DNA of 64,000 bases from Candidatus Thorarchaeota archaeon. GTDB lineage: Archaea > Asgardarchaeota > Thorarchaeia > Thorarchaeales > Thorarchaeaceae. Below the pieces are notes generated by a model. It did not search any database. It had not been told where the DNA came from and saw nothing but the letters and a program-made list of their open reading frames with translations. The translations under genes were made by a program, and so were the position numbers. Location: assembly GCA_019057475.1 (NCBI GenBank), contig DXJO01000007.1, forward strand, positions 32,001 through 96,000, given 5' to 3'. Each line of letters begins with the position of its first letter. The first letter of the stretch is position 1. Of the stretch, positions 18,475-29,414 are shown piece after piece.

Positions 18475-19028
18475 CACCACATCAAGCACGAATGTGCCTG
18501 AAATAAGAATGAGGATTCTTCTCACAAATGAGCCGCGCTATTGGGAAACGCCGGTGAAACCCCCGAAGACAAAAGGTCGTGAGTTTCGGGTTCACAGGGG
18601 TAGGAAACTCTCAAGTAGAATGGACTGGCAGCCAGACACAGCGAAGAGTACCAAGAAAGGAAGAGAGAAGCCAATAAGGCTCAAGAAGGATTATCCTATA
18701 ATCTGGCGTCGATATCAGACCATACAAGGCTCCAAGAACAACGAGCTTTGGTATTTGATGATGAAGGTCTCATGATGCACCTCGCCGCACTTGCACTATT
18801 AGATTGTGACCACAAGATGTGCTTGAAAACGGTTCAATCTCATTTTGTTCACTGGTACTGTAGGTTGACGGATCAGCCAACTAGGAATTGTGGGGGAAAC
18901 ATCACAAAGTACTGCACCACCACAGACAGCAGGATGCCACTCAACACGAGCCCCTTTCCCTTCCCAGTGTTGATGTCAGTGAACCAGAGGATTGCTTCCA
19001 CAAGGACCACGATCACCCCACAGATGGA

Positions 19029-19232
19029 ATGTTCGAGGACACAGATGGCTCCCCAACGGGGTTAGACGATTGGCCTATCGAATGGGTTGACGTGGAAGAA
19101 GAGAAGCACATGCGAGATATGAGATCATGGACCTGTCCCAAATGTTGGGCATCCCTCCTGCCTGACCTTGTTGAATCCATTTTGGCGGGTAGAACTGGGT
19201 CCTGTCCATTCTGTGGCACCACCCTTGGTTGA
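19029..19232 (+). CDS. Small zinc-finger protein (CPxC...CPxCG)
   Basis: WTCPKCWASL...GSCPFCGTTL. Start uncertain; the ORF is open from 18888. Confidence 0.55.
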   Translation: MFEDTDGSPTGLDDWPIEWVDVEEEKHMRDMRSWTCPKCWASLLPDLVESILAGRTGSCPFCGTTLG

Positions 19233-19513
19233 GCAATGCATAGATTGCTATTAGATTAAGGCCACGCTGAAAAAGGGAACCGTTTATGTTTACTGGGTCA
19301 AGAAGTAGTTCTCCTACACTACAACGTCACATGTGAGTGAAGGCTGGGTGAAAAAATAAATCGCAAGAGTATTAGACCAAGAGACCCTTGACAACAAATA
19401 CTGACTCTCTGGGCCAGTGTTTCAGTGACACACGAAGTTCTCCATGAACAAACATATTACAGACCATCTTGCGAACCAATGACATACAAACCATCAACGA
19501 GAGGTTGTTAACG

Positions 19514-20395
19514 ATGGAGATAAAGAAGATAGCAGTTCTCGGAGCGGGTCAGATGGGCAACGGCATAGCCCAAGTCTGCGCACAGGCCGGCTACGAAGTC
19601 ACTATGCGAGACATCGCACAGAAGTTCTTGGATGGTGGCATGGCCACAATAAAGAAGAACCTAGAGAGAGGTCTCAAGAAGGGGAAAATCACTCAGGAAG
19701 AGGTTGACGCGGTTCTTGGCAGAATTAAACCAGTTCTTGAGATGAAGGATGCTGTGAAGGACGCGGACCTCATCATTGAGGCCATTCCAGAGATTGTGAA
19801 GCTTAAGCTCGATACTTGGAAGGAGGTCGACGAACTGGCTCCCAAAGAGGCGTACTTGGCATCCAACACGTCGAGCATCAGCATCACACAGATGGCTGCT
19901 GCAACAAAGAGGCCTGAGAAGTTCGTGGGTTGTCATTTCTTCAACCCAGTTCCAGTGATGGGTCTCATAGAGATCATCAAAGGCGCCGCAACGAATGACG
20001 AATCTGTCGAGGTCATAAAGCGGCTTGCCAAGAAGCTGAACAAGCAGACTGTGATTGTCAATGAAGCACCCGGCTTTGCAGTAAACCGCCTGCTAGTCCC
20101 AGCAATCAATGAAGCGATATTCGCAATCCAAGAGGGAGTCACCACGGTTGAGGACATGGACCTCTCAATCAAGCTTGGGCTGAACTGGCCGATGGGTCCG
20201 CTCACCTTGGCAGACTTCGTAGGTCTGGACACTCTGCTGTACATAAGCGACTACTTCGTCGACGAATTCAAGGACAGCAAGTACAGAGCACCGGCTCTAC
20301 TGAGGAAGATGGTGCGCGCAGGATGGATGGGACGAAAGACCCGGAAGGGCTTCTACGATTATTCCGGTGAAAAGCCCGTACCTCAGCGTTTCTAG
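19514..20395 (+). CDS. hbd: 3-hydroxybutyryl-CoA / 3-hydroxyacyl-CoA dehydrogenase
   Basis: GAGQMGNGIA, IEAIPE, SNTSS, HFFNPVP, PGFAVNR, PMGPL.LAD.VGLD. Confidence 0.93.
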   Translation: MEIKKIAVLGAGQMGNGIAQVCAQAGYEVTMRDIAQKFLDGGMATIKKNLERGLKKGKITQEEVDAVLGRIKPVLEMKDAVKDADLIIEAIPEIVKLKLDTWKEVDELAPKEAYLASNTSSISITQMAAATKRPEKFVGCHFFNPVPVMGLIEIIKGAATNDESVEVIKRLAKKLNKQTVIVNEAPGFAVNRLLVPAINEAIFAIQEGVTTVEDMDLSIKLGLNWPMGPLTLADFVGLDTLLYISDYFVDEFKDSKYRAPALLRKMVRAGWMGRKTRKGFYDYSGEKPVPQRF

Positions 20396-20404
20396 TTCAG
20401 GTCG

Positions 20405-20460
20405 AGGGTTGTGTGGACACCTGCAGGAAACCACAACACCCTCCCTTACTCTTTTTCTTC
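20405..20460 (+). terminator. Hairpin followed by pyrimidine/T tract after hbd
   Basis: GAGGGTTGTG...CACAACACCCTC followed by CTTACTCTTTTTCTTC. Confidence 0.55.
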
Positions 20461-20508
20461 GTCAAGATTAATTAGTGCAGTTCAACAGAATCATTGATAG
20501 TGCCCAGG

Positions 20509-21351
20509 ATGAAGCATGAAGAGAGTGAGTACATCGGATATGATGGAACCAGAATGTTCATGCATGTCTGGCTCCCCAGTCGCGAGAGACCTCGTGCTCT
20601 GCTAGTCGCAATACACGGACTAGGCAGCCACGGAGGAGGCTTGCAGGGCATTGGTGAGTATTTCGCAGAGAAAGGTTTGGCCGTCTTCGCGCCGGACATG
20701 AGGGGCTTCGGTCACTATTCCGGTTTGAAAGGCCATGTCATGAACTTCGATGAGTTTACCGAAGACCTGCAGAACATCATCATGCAAGTCAAAGACCGTT
20801 TCCTCAACACGCTCACATTCCTCTATGGAATATCATTGGGCGGCCTCCATGTGATAAGATACGTAGCGAGATATCCAAAAATGGTCGATGGATTGATGCT
20901 CACTTGCCCTGCAGTGTCTGAAACCCTAGATATTCCACTGGGCACGAGGATACTTGCTGAGCTGCTGTCTGTGCTGAATGTGAAGAAGTACTTCTCAAAC
21001 CTTGGCAGTCACGAAGATGGCACGCGTTCTCCCGAAGTGGTAAAAAGGCATGAAGAGGATCCTCTACGATTCGAATCTGTTACACCCCGATTCGGCATCT
21101 CCGGCCTAAAGGCCTCCAAGGATGCATTCCATGCTGCACCACAAATTACGTTGCCAATTCTTGTTCAACAAGCAGGCGATGACAAGCTAGTGTCACCGGA
21201 GAAGAGCAAGACATTCTTTGACAATCTCAAGTCCGAGGACAAGACCTGGCGACTCTACGAAGGCCTCTATCACGAACTTCCCGAAGAGCCGGAGAAGGCC
21301 ATGGTTCTAGGAGACATGAACGCTTGGCTTGAGAAGAGGCTGCCTAGATAG
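20509..21351 (+). CDS. Alpha/beta hydrolase, lysophospholipase/monoacylglycerol lipase family (paralogue 1)
   Basis: HGLG, DMRGFG, GISLG nucleophile, GDDKLV, YHE. Confidence 0.9.
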   Translation: MKHEESEYIGYDGTRMFMHVWLPSRERPRALLVAIHGLGSHGGGLQGIGEYFAEKGLAVFAPDMRGFGHYSGLKGHVMNFDEFTEDLQNIIMQVKDRFLNTLTFLYGISLGGLHVIRYVARYPKMVDGLMLTCPAVSETLDIPLGTRILAELLSVLNVKKYFSNLGSHEDGTRSPEVVKRHEEDPLRFESVTPRFGISGLKASKDAFHAAPQITLPILVQQAGDDKLVSPEKSKTFFDNLKSEDKTWRLYEGLYHELPEEPEKAMVLGDMNAWLEKRLPR

Positions 21352-21413
21352 GAGTTGCACTGAGTCCACAAGACAAATAGCGGGGGAAGCACTCTACCAG
21401 AGGGGTGGTCACA

Positions 21414-22253
21414 ATGAAGACTGAAGAGAGTGAATATATTGGATATGATGGAACAAAGATGTTCCTTCGCGCCTGGCTTCCTGACGCTGAACCGCGTGCG
21501 CTTGTGATAGGGATTCATGGACTCGGATCACACAGCGGCCTGATGTCGTTCCACGGTGAGAATTTCGCGGCGAAGGGTATGGCATTCTTCGCACCGGACC
21601 TGCGGGGTTTTGGCAACAATCCGGGTTTGAAGGGGCATGTCGAGAAATTCGATGATTACATAGAAGACATGAACAGCCTAGTTACACAGCTCAAGGACAG
21701 AATGTCGGACAAACCTACTTACATGTTTGGCCATTCTCTTGGGGGTTTGCATGTCATCAGATACGCCGCCACATATCCGGATGAGCTTGATGGGATTATT
21801 ATTCCGTGTCCTGCTGTTTCCGAGAGGTTAGAGATAAGTGCGGGGCTTAGGATCATGGCAAATCTTCTCTCCAAACTCAATATCAAGAAGACCTTCAACA
21901 ACGGTCTCAATTTCAATCTGCTTTCACGAAACCCAGAGGTTGTTAGGCGAAATCGGGAAGACCCGCTTAGAGTGGACGATGTGACTCCGCGCTTCGCCAC
22001 TGAGGGACTAGCAGCTCGCGTGGAAGGAGCCAAACTGGGTCCGAAGATCACACTGCCGGTTTTAGAGCAACAAGCAGGGGATGACCTCATACTTATTCCG
22101 GAGGAGAACAAGGCGTTCTTCGACACAATAGCCTCCTCTGACAAGACATTCAGGCTCTATCCGGGTTTCTACCATGACCCCTTCGAGGAACCAGGCGGGG
22201 AAGAGCTCGTTGCAGACATGTTCTCCTGGCTTGAAGAGAGGCTGCCGTCGTAG
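21414..22253 (+). CDS. Alpha/beta hydrolase, lysophospholipase family (paralogue 2)
   Basis: HGLG, DLRGFG, GHSLGG, GDDLIL, YHD. Tandem duplicate. Confidence 0.9.
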   Translation: MKTEESEYIGYDGTKMFLRAWLPDAEPRALVIGIHGLGSHSGLMSFHGENFAAKGMAFFAPDLRGFGNNPGLKGHVEKFDDYIEDMNSLVTQLKDRMSDKPTYMFGHSLGGLHVIRYAATYPDELDGIIIPCPAVSERLEISAGLRIMANLLSKLNIKKTFNNGLNFNLLSRNPEVVRRNREDPLRVDDVTPRFATEGLAARVEGAKLGPKITLPVLEQQAGDDLILIPEENKAFFDTIASSDKTFRLYPGFYHDPFEEPGGEELVADMFSWLEERLPS

Positions 22254-22262
22254 CCCGTCAAG

Positions 22263-25097
22263 CTATGTGATAGTTTCGGCAGCAGCTGCAAGTTTCTCTT
22301 CCTTGTGGTGACCAAACAGAATGTGAGGCGGTATCAAAAGCGCCGGTATGCATGCAAGAATAATCACTACCCAGTCCAGCGGATTTAGCGGAACACACTG
22401 GAACAAGACCGCCACAAATGGCACGTAAATGGTAACCAGAGTCAATACAAATGAGAACATAACCGCAATCATCAGCGCCTTCGATCCGGTGATGTGGGTC
22501 TTCCAGACAGGATGGTACTCATCCCGACAGTTCCATACGAAAAGCAGTTCAAAGAAGACAACACTTGCGAAAACTGTTGTACGTGCATGCGTTAACACAT
22601 AATCCCAAGTCAAACCAGTAACACTTGACACATCTGTAGCCCAGTTCACCACGGGTCCAGTAAGACCAGGAATCCAACCACCGTAGACAGTCAGAGACCA
22701 GAAGAATGCCGTAGCTGAAGCTAGGAATGCCACAAATCCAGCCACAAGGATGAAAGACATCATGCCTCGGTCCATCATCTTTTTGCCAGGTTTCCTTGGA
22801 GGCCGATTCATCACGCCCGTCTCAGGAGGGTCGACCCCCAGAGCCAGAGCAGGAAATCCGTCAGTGGCAAGATTCAACCAGAGTATCTGAATTGCAGTGA
22901 TTGGCAAGGGCAGACCAATCATTATTATTGTGAAGATGAGGAACACCTCGTCGAAGTTGGCCGCCAGCAAAAAGCGGACGAATTTGCGGATGTTGGAATA
23001 GATCTCCCTACCCTTCTCAACAGCTGAAACAATAGTTGCGAAATTGTCGTCAACCAGTATAACGTCAGAGGCTTCCTTCGTTACATCAGCTCCCCGTATT
23101 CCCATCGCGATTCCTACATCTGCGGCCTTTACGGCAGGAGCGTCATTGACACCGTCCCCAGTCATGGCAACGACTTGATTATGACCTTTGAGCGCCTCGA
23201 CGATACGTAGTTTGTGTTCGGGAGCTACTCTTGCATAGACGCTGCATGTATCAACAATGGCGTTAAACTCCTCGTCAGTCATATCATCAATCATGGCCCC
23301 GGTGATGACTTGACCATCACGTTCAATGAGACCGACTTCATGGGCAATGGCCCGTGCCGTGAGTTCGTGGTCGCCCGTTATCATGATTGGACGAATTCCC
23401 GCCTTTGCGCATGTAGCCATCGCTTCAAGAACCTCATCGCGCGGTGGGTCAATCATTCCCTGAAGCCCAACAAATACAAGGTCCTTCTCTACCTCCTCGG
23501 GTTCCCAATCGGGAATTTCGTGATCGAGGTCCCTGTAGGCGAAAGCTAAAATCCGGAGGGCCTTCGCAGCGAAACTGGCGACTGCTTCGAGGATGCTCTC
23601 GCGCTCATTCTCCTCCAATGGTCTAACAGTGCCATTCTCGTAGATGCGACTACAGAGGGACAAGAGGACCTCTGGAGCACCCTTGGAAAACGCCGTTAGG
23701 CTTTCTTCGGGACCCTTGCAGATGGATGTCATCCTCTTCCTGGCTGAGTCGAAAGAAATCTCTGTTATCTCCGTATACGTATTCCACGTTTGATCGTATG
23801 GTACACCAGCCTTCTCCGCCACCACCAATAGAGATCCCTCGGTCGGATCGCCTACAATGGTCCAATCACCTGCGCCCGACAGATCTTTCTGAAGCAAGGC
23901 GTTGCTGCAGAGCTGACCTATCTCGATTAGCTTGATGACGTGAGGGTCTTGATGAACGTCAAACTCCTTGTCTTCTTGGAAGAACTGCCCTTCCTTGTTA
24001 TACCCGACGCCTGTAACGTCGATAGTCATCCCATTGCTGAAGAAATTCGTCACTGTCATTTCATTCTTGGTGATGGTCCCTGTCTTATCAGAAGCAATGA
24101 CAGTTGTAGAGCCTAGGGTTTCGACAGACGGGAGTCTACGGACAATTGCATTTCTCTGAACCATTCGCTGAACTCCGATGGCAAGCGTTATGGTAACAAC
24201 CGCAGGGAGCCCCTCGGGGATGGCCGAGACTGCAAGGGCGATTGCCGTCAGAAGCTCCTCCATCAGCCCGCCTACATTGCGAAGTATCTCTGCAGCGAAA
24301 ACGATAACAACTAGTATGATCACAATGATTCCCAGCTTCTTCCCCAGGTCTTCAAGGTCATACTGGAGAGGAGTCATGTCCTTCTCGCTCTCTTGAACCA
24401 TCTCGGCGATTTTGCCAAACTCAGTATTCATTCCAGTTGCTGTGACAACAGCTCGGCCCTTGCCGGACACGATGGTAGTGCCAGAGAATACCATGTTGGT
24501 CATGTCAGCTATTATCGGGTTGTGAAGATGAATTGGGTCGTCAATCTTACGTACTGCCATCGATTCACCGGTGAGAACTGCTTCGTCTACGCCGAATCCA
24601 ACAGCATAGACGACCCTGCCATCCGCAGGAACGCGGGCTCCTGACTCAAGCGCTACTACATCACCCGGGACCAATTCTTTCGAGTCGATCTCTATCCACA
24701 GGCCATCTCTCATGACAAGGGCTCGCGGTGCAGCCATCTCTTTGAGAGCCTCAAGCGCCTGCTCCGACTTATACTCCTGGACAAAACCAAATACTGAATT
24801 GAAGACGACAATCGCAGAGATCACGATTGCGTCAATGAGCCCATGACCCCCATCATCGCCGAACATTGATGCGAAAACGGAGATGACTATGGCAACTAGA
24901 AGGATAATGACCATGGGGTCAGTGAACTGTCGCAGGAACATTCGGAGGGGGCTGATTCGGCCAATGGCGATTAGCTCATTGTACCCATGGGTCTCAAGAC
25001 GTGTCTGCGCCTCGGAACTGGAGATTCCGTCCATCGTGGTGTCAAGATGTTTAATTGCGTACTCGACGTCGTTGCTGTGCCACTCATGTTCGGACAT
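22263..25097 (-). CDS. Cation-transporting P-type ATPase (type IIA, Ca2+-ATPase-like)
   Basis: TGES, IPEGL, DKTGT, KGAPE, DPPR, TGDGVND, WLNLATDG. Confidence 0.95.
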   Translation of the reverse strand: MSEHEWHSNDVEYAIKHLDTTMDGISSSEAQTRLETHGYNELIAIGRISPLRMFLRQFTDPMVIILLVAIVISVFASMFGDDGGHGLIDAIVISAIVVFNSVFGFVQEYKSEQALEALKEMAAPRALVMRDGLWIEIDSKELVPGDVVALESGARVPADGRVVYAVGFGVDEAVLTGESMAVRKIDDPIHLHNPIIADMTNMVFSGTTIVSGKGRAVVTATGMNTEFGKIAEMVQESEKDMTPLQYDLEDLGKKLGIIVIILVVIVFAAEILRNVGGLMEELLTAIALAVSAIPEGLPAVVTITLAIGVQRMVQRNAIVRRLPSVETLGSTTVIASDKTGTITKNEMTVTNFFSNGMTIDVTGVGYNKEGQFFQEDKEFDVHQDPHVIKLIEIGQLCSNALLQKDLSGAGDWTIVGDPTEGSLLVVAEKAGVPYDQTWNTYTEITEISFDSARKRMTSICKGPEESLTAFSKGAPEVLLSLCSRIYENGTVRPLEENERESILEAVASFAAKALRILAFAYRDLDHEIPDWEPEEVEKDLVFVGLQGMIDPPRDEVLEAMATCAKAGIRPIMITGDHELTARAIAHEVGLIERDGQVITGAMIDDMTDEEFNAIVDTCSVYARVAPEHKLRIVEALKGHNQVVAMTGDGVNDAPAVKAADVGIAMGIRGADVTKEASDVILVDDNFATIVSAVEKGREIYSNIRKFVRFLLAANFDEVFLIFTIIMIGLPLPITAIQILWLNLATDGFPALALGVDPPETGVMNRPPRKPGKKMMDRGMMSFILVAGFVAFLASATAFFWSLTVYGGWIPGLTGPVVNWATDVSSVTGLTWDYVLTHARTTVFASVVFFELLFVWNCRDEYHPVWKTHITGSKALMIAVMFSFVLTLVTIYVPFVAVLFQCVPLNPLDWVVIILACIPALLIPPHILFGHHKEEKLAAAAETIT

Positions 25098-25273
25098 GCT
25101 ATGCGCTCCGAGGTCTAGTCAGATTGCAGACCTTTGCTAGGTGAGGTGCGGCAAATATTCGATAGAAATACCTTTCGGCATAGACTGGCCCCTTCAATCC
25201 ATTCCTCTGACGAAAGGATTAAGAGATTGCCAGAACACGCAGCCGACCGGTTCCAGAAGAAAGGTGACTAGAT

Positions 25274-25870
25274 ATGAGTGAGAAGTCCAAGTTCAGCTTC
25301 AAGTGCCTTGAACAGAAATGCGACACAAAGGCATGCCACATTCGAGCGCGCATCAATGTCACCATGGGTGATATCGCAAGATGGACAAGCCAGAACTACC
25401 TTTCTCAGATCATACCTGGTATAACTCTGAGCATGCCATCCAATGAAAACGAACCTCTTGCTCTTACTACTCTTCGGAAGCCCTTGGAGAGCGACCCAGA
25501 GCAGACTGCATGCATCTTCTACCATGAGGAGTCAAACGGGTGCACAATAAGGTATTCGCGACCAATCTCCTGCAGAGCATTCCCACTTGAATACAACGGC
25601 GAGAAGTACTTCTTGAGCGATAAGAACTGTCCCGGTGTTGGGGAAGGAGAAGTCAACAAGGACGCCTTGAAGGAGGTAAGAGACCTTGCCGAACAAGAGT
25701 ACAGGGAGAAAATCGAAACGCTAGCGGCCTTGCCAGGCGTCTACTCCATCTTTATGGGAATGATGATAAGACAGTCCGCAGAGGCAATGAAGGACTTGTC
25801 AGAAGACGATAAGAAGCACATTGAAGACATCATGTCCAAACCATCGGAAGATGAGAAGCATGACGAATGA
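25274..25870 (+). CDS. YkgJ-like cysteine cluster protein
   Basis: FKC...C...C, CIFY, CTIRYSRPISCRAFP, CPGVG. Confidence 0.8.
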   Translation: MSEKSKFSFKCLEQKCDTKACHIRARINVTMGDIARWTSQNYLSQIIPGITLSMPSNENEPLALTTLRKPLESDPEQTACIFYHEESNGCTIRYSRPISCRAFPLEYNGEKYFLSDKNCPGVGEGEVNKDALKEVRDLAEQEYREKIETLAALPGVYSIFMGMMIRQSAEAMKDLSEDDKKHIEDIMSKPSEDEKHDE

Positions 25871-25880
25871 CCATTCAGAT

Positions 25881-26990
25881 TTATACATCAATCTGAATTA
25901 GGTTCCTTGGCGAGTAGGTCAACACCTCAGGTCCGCCGTCCTTCACGCAAACCAGGTCTTCTACCCTGATTCCGAACTTACCTTCCAGGTATATGCCAGG
26001 CTCAACACTGTGAGTCATGCCCACTCTGAGTTCACACGGATTCCCTCGAACGAGATAAGGCGGTTCATGTACTTCGATGCCAATACCGTGTCCCAGTCGG
26101 TGCGTGAAGTACTCGCCATATCCGGACTCTTCGATTATGCGGCGCGCAATGCCGTCGGCTTTGCCGCAGGCAAGTCCGGGGGCTATCTTCTCAATGGCAG
26201 TCTGTTCAGCCTCCAACACTACAGAGTGGACCCGGTTCTGTTCGTCCGTGGGTTCACCAACAACTCCTACTCGAGTCATGTCAGTGTTATAGCCACCTAT
26301 TGAACAACCGCAATCCAAGAGAACGATATCGTGCGTAGTCAACTCTCTGAGAGAGGGATGAGCATGGGGGAGGGCACTATTCTCCCCAAACTGAACTGCT
26401 GCGAATGTTGGCTTGGCGCCTAGACGAACTATCTCATTTTGAACTATCTGCTTCATCTCCATCTCAGCCATTCCCAGCTGTGCCTTACTGAATGCCAGCA
26501 TGACTGCGTCATCAATAATTCGCCCTGCCTTCTTGATGAGGTCAAGTTCTGCTTGACTCTTGATGAGTCGCATCTCACCAAGATAGGGAGTCAGCGATAC
26601 AGCACTCTTGAACCCCCCAATAGATTTCTCAAGCGACCAGTATACGCCAAGGGGCAGACTGTTATCAAGAAGAACCGAGTAGCCTGATGTCTTTGAACTG
26701 AGTGTTTGTGAGATTAGCGAGTATGGGCTTTCCTCTTCCTCCCAAGGCAGAATCTCGTTAATCCAAGTCCCACTTGAGAGGTTGGAAACCTCAAATGCGG
26801 GAGCTATCATCTTGGGCACATCATCCGCTGTAAGAAGCAAACCAACAAGACGTTCACGCATCTCCAGATCCAGACCTGTGAGATACTGAAAGGCTGGCGA
26901 AGGCGTGAGAAACACAAAATCCGAATCAGTCTCCCGGATATGGTTTCTGATTCGATCCACTCTCTTCTGAAAGACCTTGTCTTCGAGCAT
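25881..26990 (-). CDS. Xaa-Pro aminopeptidase (M24B)
   Basis: DCG..D.TR, HRLGHGIG.EVHEPP, SVEPGIY, GIRVED. Confidence 0.93.
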   Translation of the reverse strand: MLEDKVFQKRVDRIRNHIRETDSDFVFLTPSPAFQYLTGLDLEMRERLVGLLLTADDVPKMIAPAFEVSNLSSGTWINEILPWEEEESPYSLISQTLSSKTSGYSVLLDNSLPLGVYWSLEKSIGGFKSAVSLTPYLGEMRLIKSQAELDLIKKAGRIIDDAVMLAFSKAQLGMAEMEMKQIVQNEIVRLGAKPTFAAVQFGENSALPHAHPSLRELTTHDIVLLDCGCSIGGYNTDMTRVGVVGEPTDEQNRVHSVVLEAEQTAIEKIAPGLACGKADGIARRIIEESGYGEYFTHRLGHGIGIEVHEPPYLVRGNPCELRVGMTHSVEPGIYLEGKFGIRVEDLVCVKDGGPEVLTYSPRNLIQIDV

Positions 26991-27093
26991 ATATCAGCTC
27001 TCTCTACGCTTCACACGAGAAGTGACCAAGCAGATAATGCTGACGGTCTGTATCTTCAAGCTGGTTTCCTAAGACCTAGAGTTAATAGGGGAG

Positions 27094-28470
27094 ATGTCTG
27101 ACCGAGGGTCTACTTCGGGAAGGTTACTCATGGAGCAGGATGCAACTCAACAACGCACCAAGAAGCTTCCGCCAAGAGCATACCTCCTAGGATCGCTGCT
27201 GAGTTCTGCTCAGGGCATGTATGCTCCGTTCATGATGACATACTTGATTGACATGAATGCCAGTTTTACTGAGTTGGGAGCTTTCCGCAGCGTGGGCAAC
27301 ATTGCGCCTGCCATACTGCAGCCAGCATGGGGCGCTGGTTCTGACAAGGTAGGGCACAGGAACCTATTCGTGGCGTTTGGTAGTCTAACTGGGCTTCTCA
27401 CGGTGTATCTGTTCCTCTGGGCCAAGACACCATTTGAGATGATTATCCTTTACGCAATTCAATCCATGCTTTTCAGCATTCAAATACCAACTTGGCTCTC
27501 CCTTGTGGGCAGCTTCATTGATGAAGACAAGAGAGGCAATGAACTAGGGCGTCTCGAAATGATCACTCGATTGACCGCTCTTGTCGCCACGTTAGTGTCC
27601 GGATTCCTCATCGGACTAGAGGGCATGGTCACCTTGCTACGAAATACGCTGGGCGGAGTGGGAGTTATTCTTTTGCCCCCATCAGAAGCACTGGGTGAGC
27701 CATACTACCTTTCGTTTTATCTTACTGCCATTCTGGGTATCGTAGCTGCGCTGATTTCAATCACAATCCATGAGAAGCCACTTGACAAGGTCAAGAAGAG
27801 AGAGTTTCCACCAATCATCCGGTTACTCAGGAAACCCGGAGACTTTAGGAGATTTTGTCTTGTCACCATATTATTCTCATTTGCCATGGCCATGTCGTGG
27901 CCGTATTTCACCGTGATTCTGTATGGTAGGCTAGGGGCTACACATTTTGGTGTAGGAATTGCATCAGCAATAATGGCCCTAAGCGTCATTGTATTTACCG
28001 TTCCATTTGGACGCCTCAGTGACCGAATAGGTAGAAAACCCCTAATCGTCTTTGGGCGCGGCATTCTCTTCCTTGTTCCATTACTCTATGCCTTCGCACC
28101 GAATGTATACTGGATTTATGCAGCCAACACAATTGCAGGTATCTCCATGGCGTCATCATGGAATGCACTCACAGCATACATCTATGACATTGCACCGGAG
28201 GAAGAAAGAGGGGCGCATTTGTCGGTCTACAATATGTTCATTGGAATTGTCTTTCTTTCAGGCTCGCTTGTAGCGGGAGTGCTCGGTGACGTCATTGGGG
28301 TTTTCATGGAGGAATACGCAGTCGCATTCACGATGCTAGTGGCAAGCGGAGTGCTAAGGTTTGTGGCTTCATTTTTCTACCTGCTGCTCCGAGAGCCTCG
28401 GGACTACACATCCAACTTCTGGGCAGAACTGAGAGGATTTGTTCACAGGGAGAGACTTGATTATCCGTAG
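27094..28470 (+). CDS. MFS transporter
   Basis: GRLSDRIGRK motif A, about 12 TM segments. Start may be 27130. Confidence 0.9.
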   Translation: MSDRGSTSGRLLMEQDATQQRTKKLPPRAYLLGSLLSSAQGMYAPFMMTYLIDMNASFTELGAFRSVGNIAPAILQPAWGAGSDKVGHRNLFVAFGSLTGLLTVYLFLWAKTPFEMIILYAIQSMLFSIQIPTWLSLVGSFIDEDKRGNELGRLEMITRLTALVATLVSGFLIGLEGMVTLLRNTLGGVGVILLPPSEALGEPYYLSFYLTAILGIVAALISITIHEKPLDKVKKREFPPIIRLLRKPGDFRRFCLVTILFSFAMAMSWPYFTVILYGRLGATHFGVGIASAIMALSVIVFTVPFGRLSDRIGRKPLIVFGRGILFLVPLLYAFAPNVYWIYAANTIAGISMASSWNALTAYIYDIAPEEERGAHLSVYNMFIGIVFLSGSLVAGVLGDVIGVFMEEYAVAFTMLVASGVLRFVASFFYLLLREPRDYTSNFWAELRGFVHRERLDYP

Positions 28471-28572
28471 GCTTATTAGGAGACGGAAAAGTACTTAGTG
28501 TCACTATGTACTGCCCGGTTACAGGACTAGCGAGAATATGTTGATAAGAACCTGTGTTTAAACACTAGAGGA

Positions 28573-28935
28573 TTGTGGGAATTGAGGAAGGCGCCAAGCT
28601 TCGAAGACAGTTGGAAGGTCGAGATTAGGAGAGGAATTCTTCAATATGCAATTCTAGTCATTGTCAGTCGGCACAAAGATGATGGCATTCACGGATATGG
28701 AATAGCTCGCGAATTGGAAAAGAAAACGGACGGTCTTCTTGAAGTTAAAGAAGGAACGTTGTACCCCATCCTGCATAGACTTCGCAAGGAGAGGCTCTTG
28801 AACGTCAGAACAGAGAAATCAGAAGCTGGACCGGTTCGTAAGGTGTATGTATTGACAGGGGACGGTGATCGGGTCTATCGGGAACTCACGCGTATTCTTG
28901 GTAGCATTTATGAAAAGTTGGAGGCTTTGCGTTGA
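28573..28935 (+). CDS. PadR family transcriptional regulator
   Basis: HGYGI, EGTLYPILHRL, GPVRKVYVLT..G. Confidence 0.92.
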   Translation: MWELRKAPSFEDSWKVEIRRGILQYAILVIVSRHKDDGIHGYGIARELEKKTDGLLEVKEGTLYPILHRLRKERLLNVRTEKSEAGPVRKVYVLTGDGDRVYRELTRILGSIYEKLEALR

Positions 28936-29399
28936 GTATGAGAGAGATTGCGGAGATTGTTGAGGACTACCTCAAGAGTGTTGGTCGAGTCCTGCCGTCA
29001 GGTTTTGAAACTGAAGACATGCTCGAGGAACTCGAGATACACATTGACGAAGCTTTTCAAGAGAAGGTTCAAAAAAACCCTCAGGCCAGCAAAGTCGATC
29101 TCTTGAGAGAGGTGTTGAACGATCTGGGTGAGCCAAAGGAGATAGCTGAGGAGTTCAAAAGAACTGGCATTCATCTTCAGGAGCAGGAGGAATACAAAAA
29201 GAGAATATTCCGGCTGGTGGTGCGATTCATCATCAACATGGTTGTGGTTGTTGCTGCATCATGGTTCGTGTCAAACCTCCCCGATGCTGGGATATCCTTC
29301 TATTGGGCACTTGGTGTGCTTCTTGTGTTTGGTCTTTTTGAGTGGTTCATCCGAGTTTGGCAGATGCGAGAAGCTGGTCGGATAGATGTACAAAACTAG
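28932..29399 (+). CDS. PadR-associated membrane protein (HAAS/DUF1700-like)
   Basis: YL......L...EELEIHI...LGEPKEIA helical domain plus 2 TM segments. Overlaps padR. Confidence 0.8.
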   Translation: MSMREIAEIVEDYLKSVGRVLPSGFETEDMLEELEIHIDEAFQEKVQKNPQASKVDLLREVLNDLGEPKEIAEEFKRTGIHLQEQEEYKKRIFRLVVRFIINMVVVVAASWFVSNLPDAGISFYWALGVLLVFGLFEWFIRVWQMREAGRIDVQN

Positions 29400-29414
29400 G
29401 AGATAGCAGCGAAC

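Noticed and set aside
18494-19065. 93-aa and 105-aa ORFs and an imperfect inverted repeat near 18554-18595
   Set aside because: No recognisable motifs or consistent frame. Possibly decayed DNA; cannot be supported.
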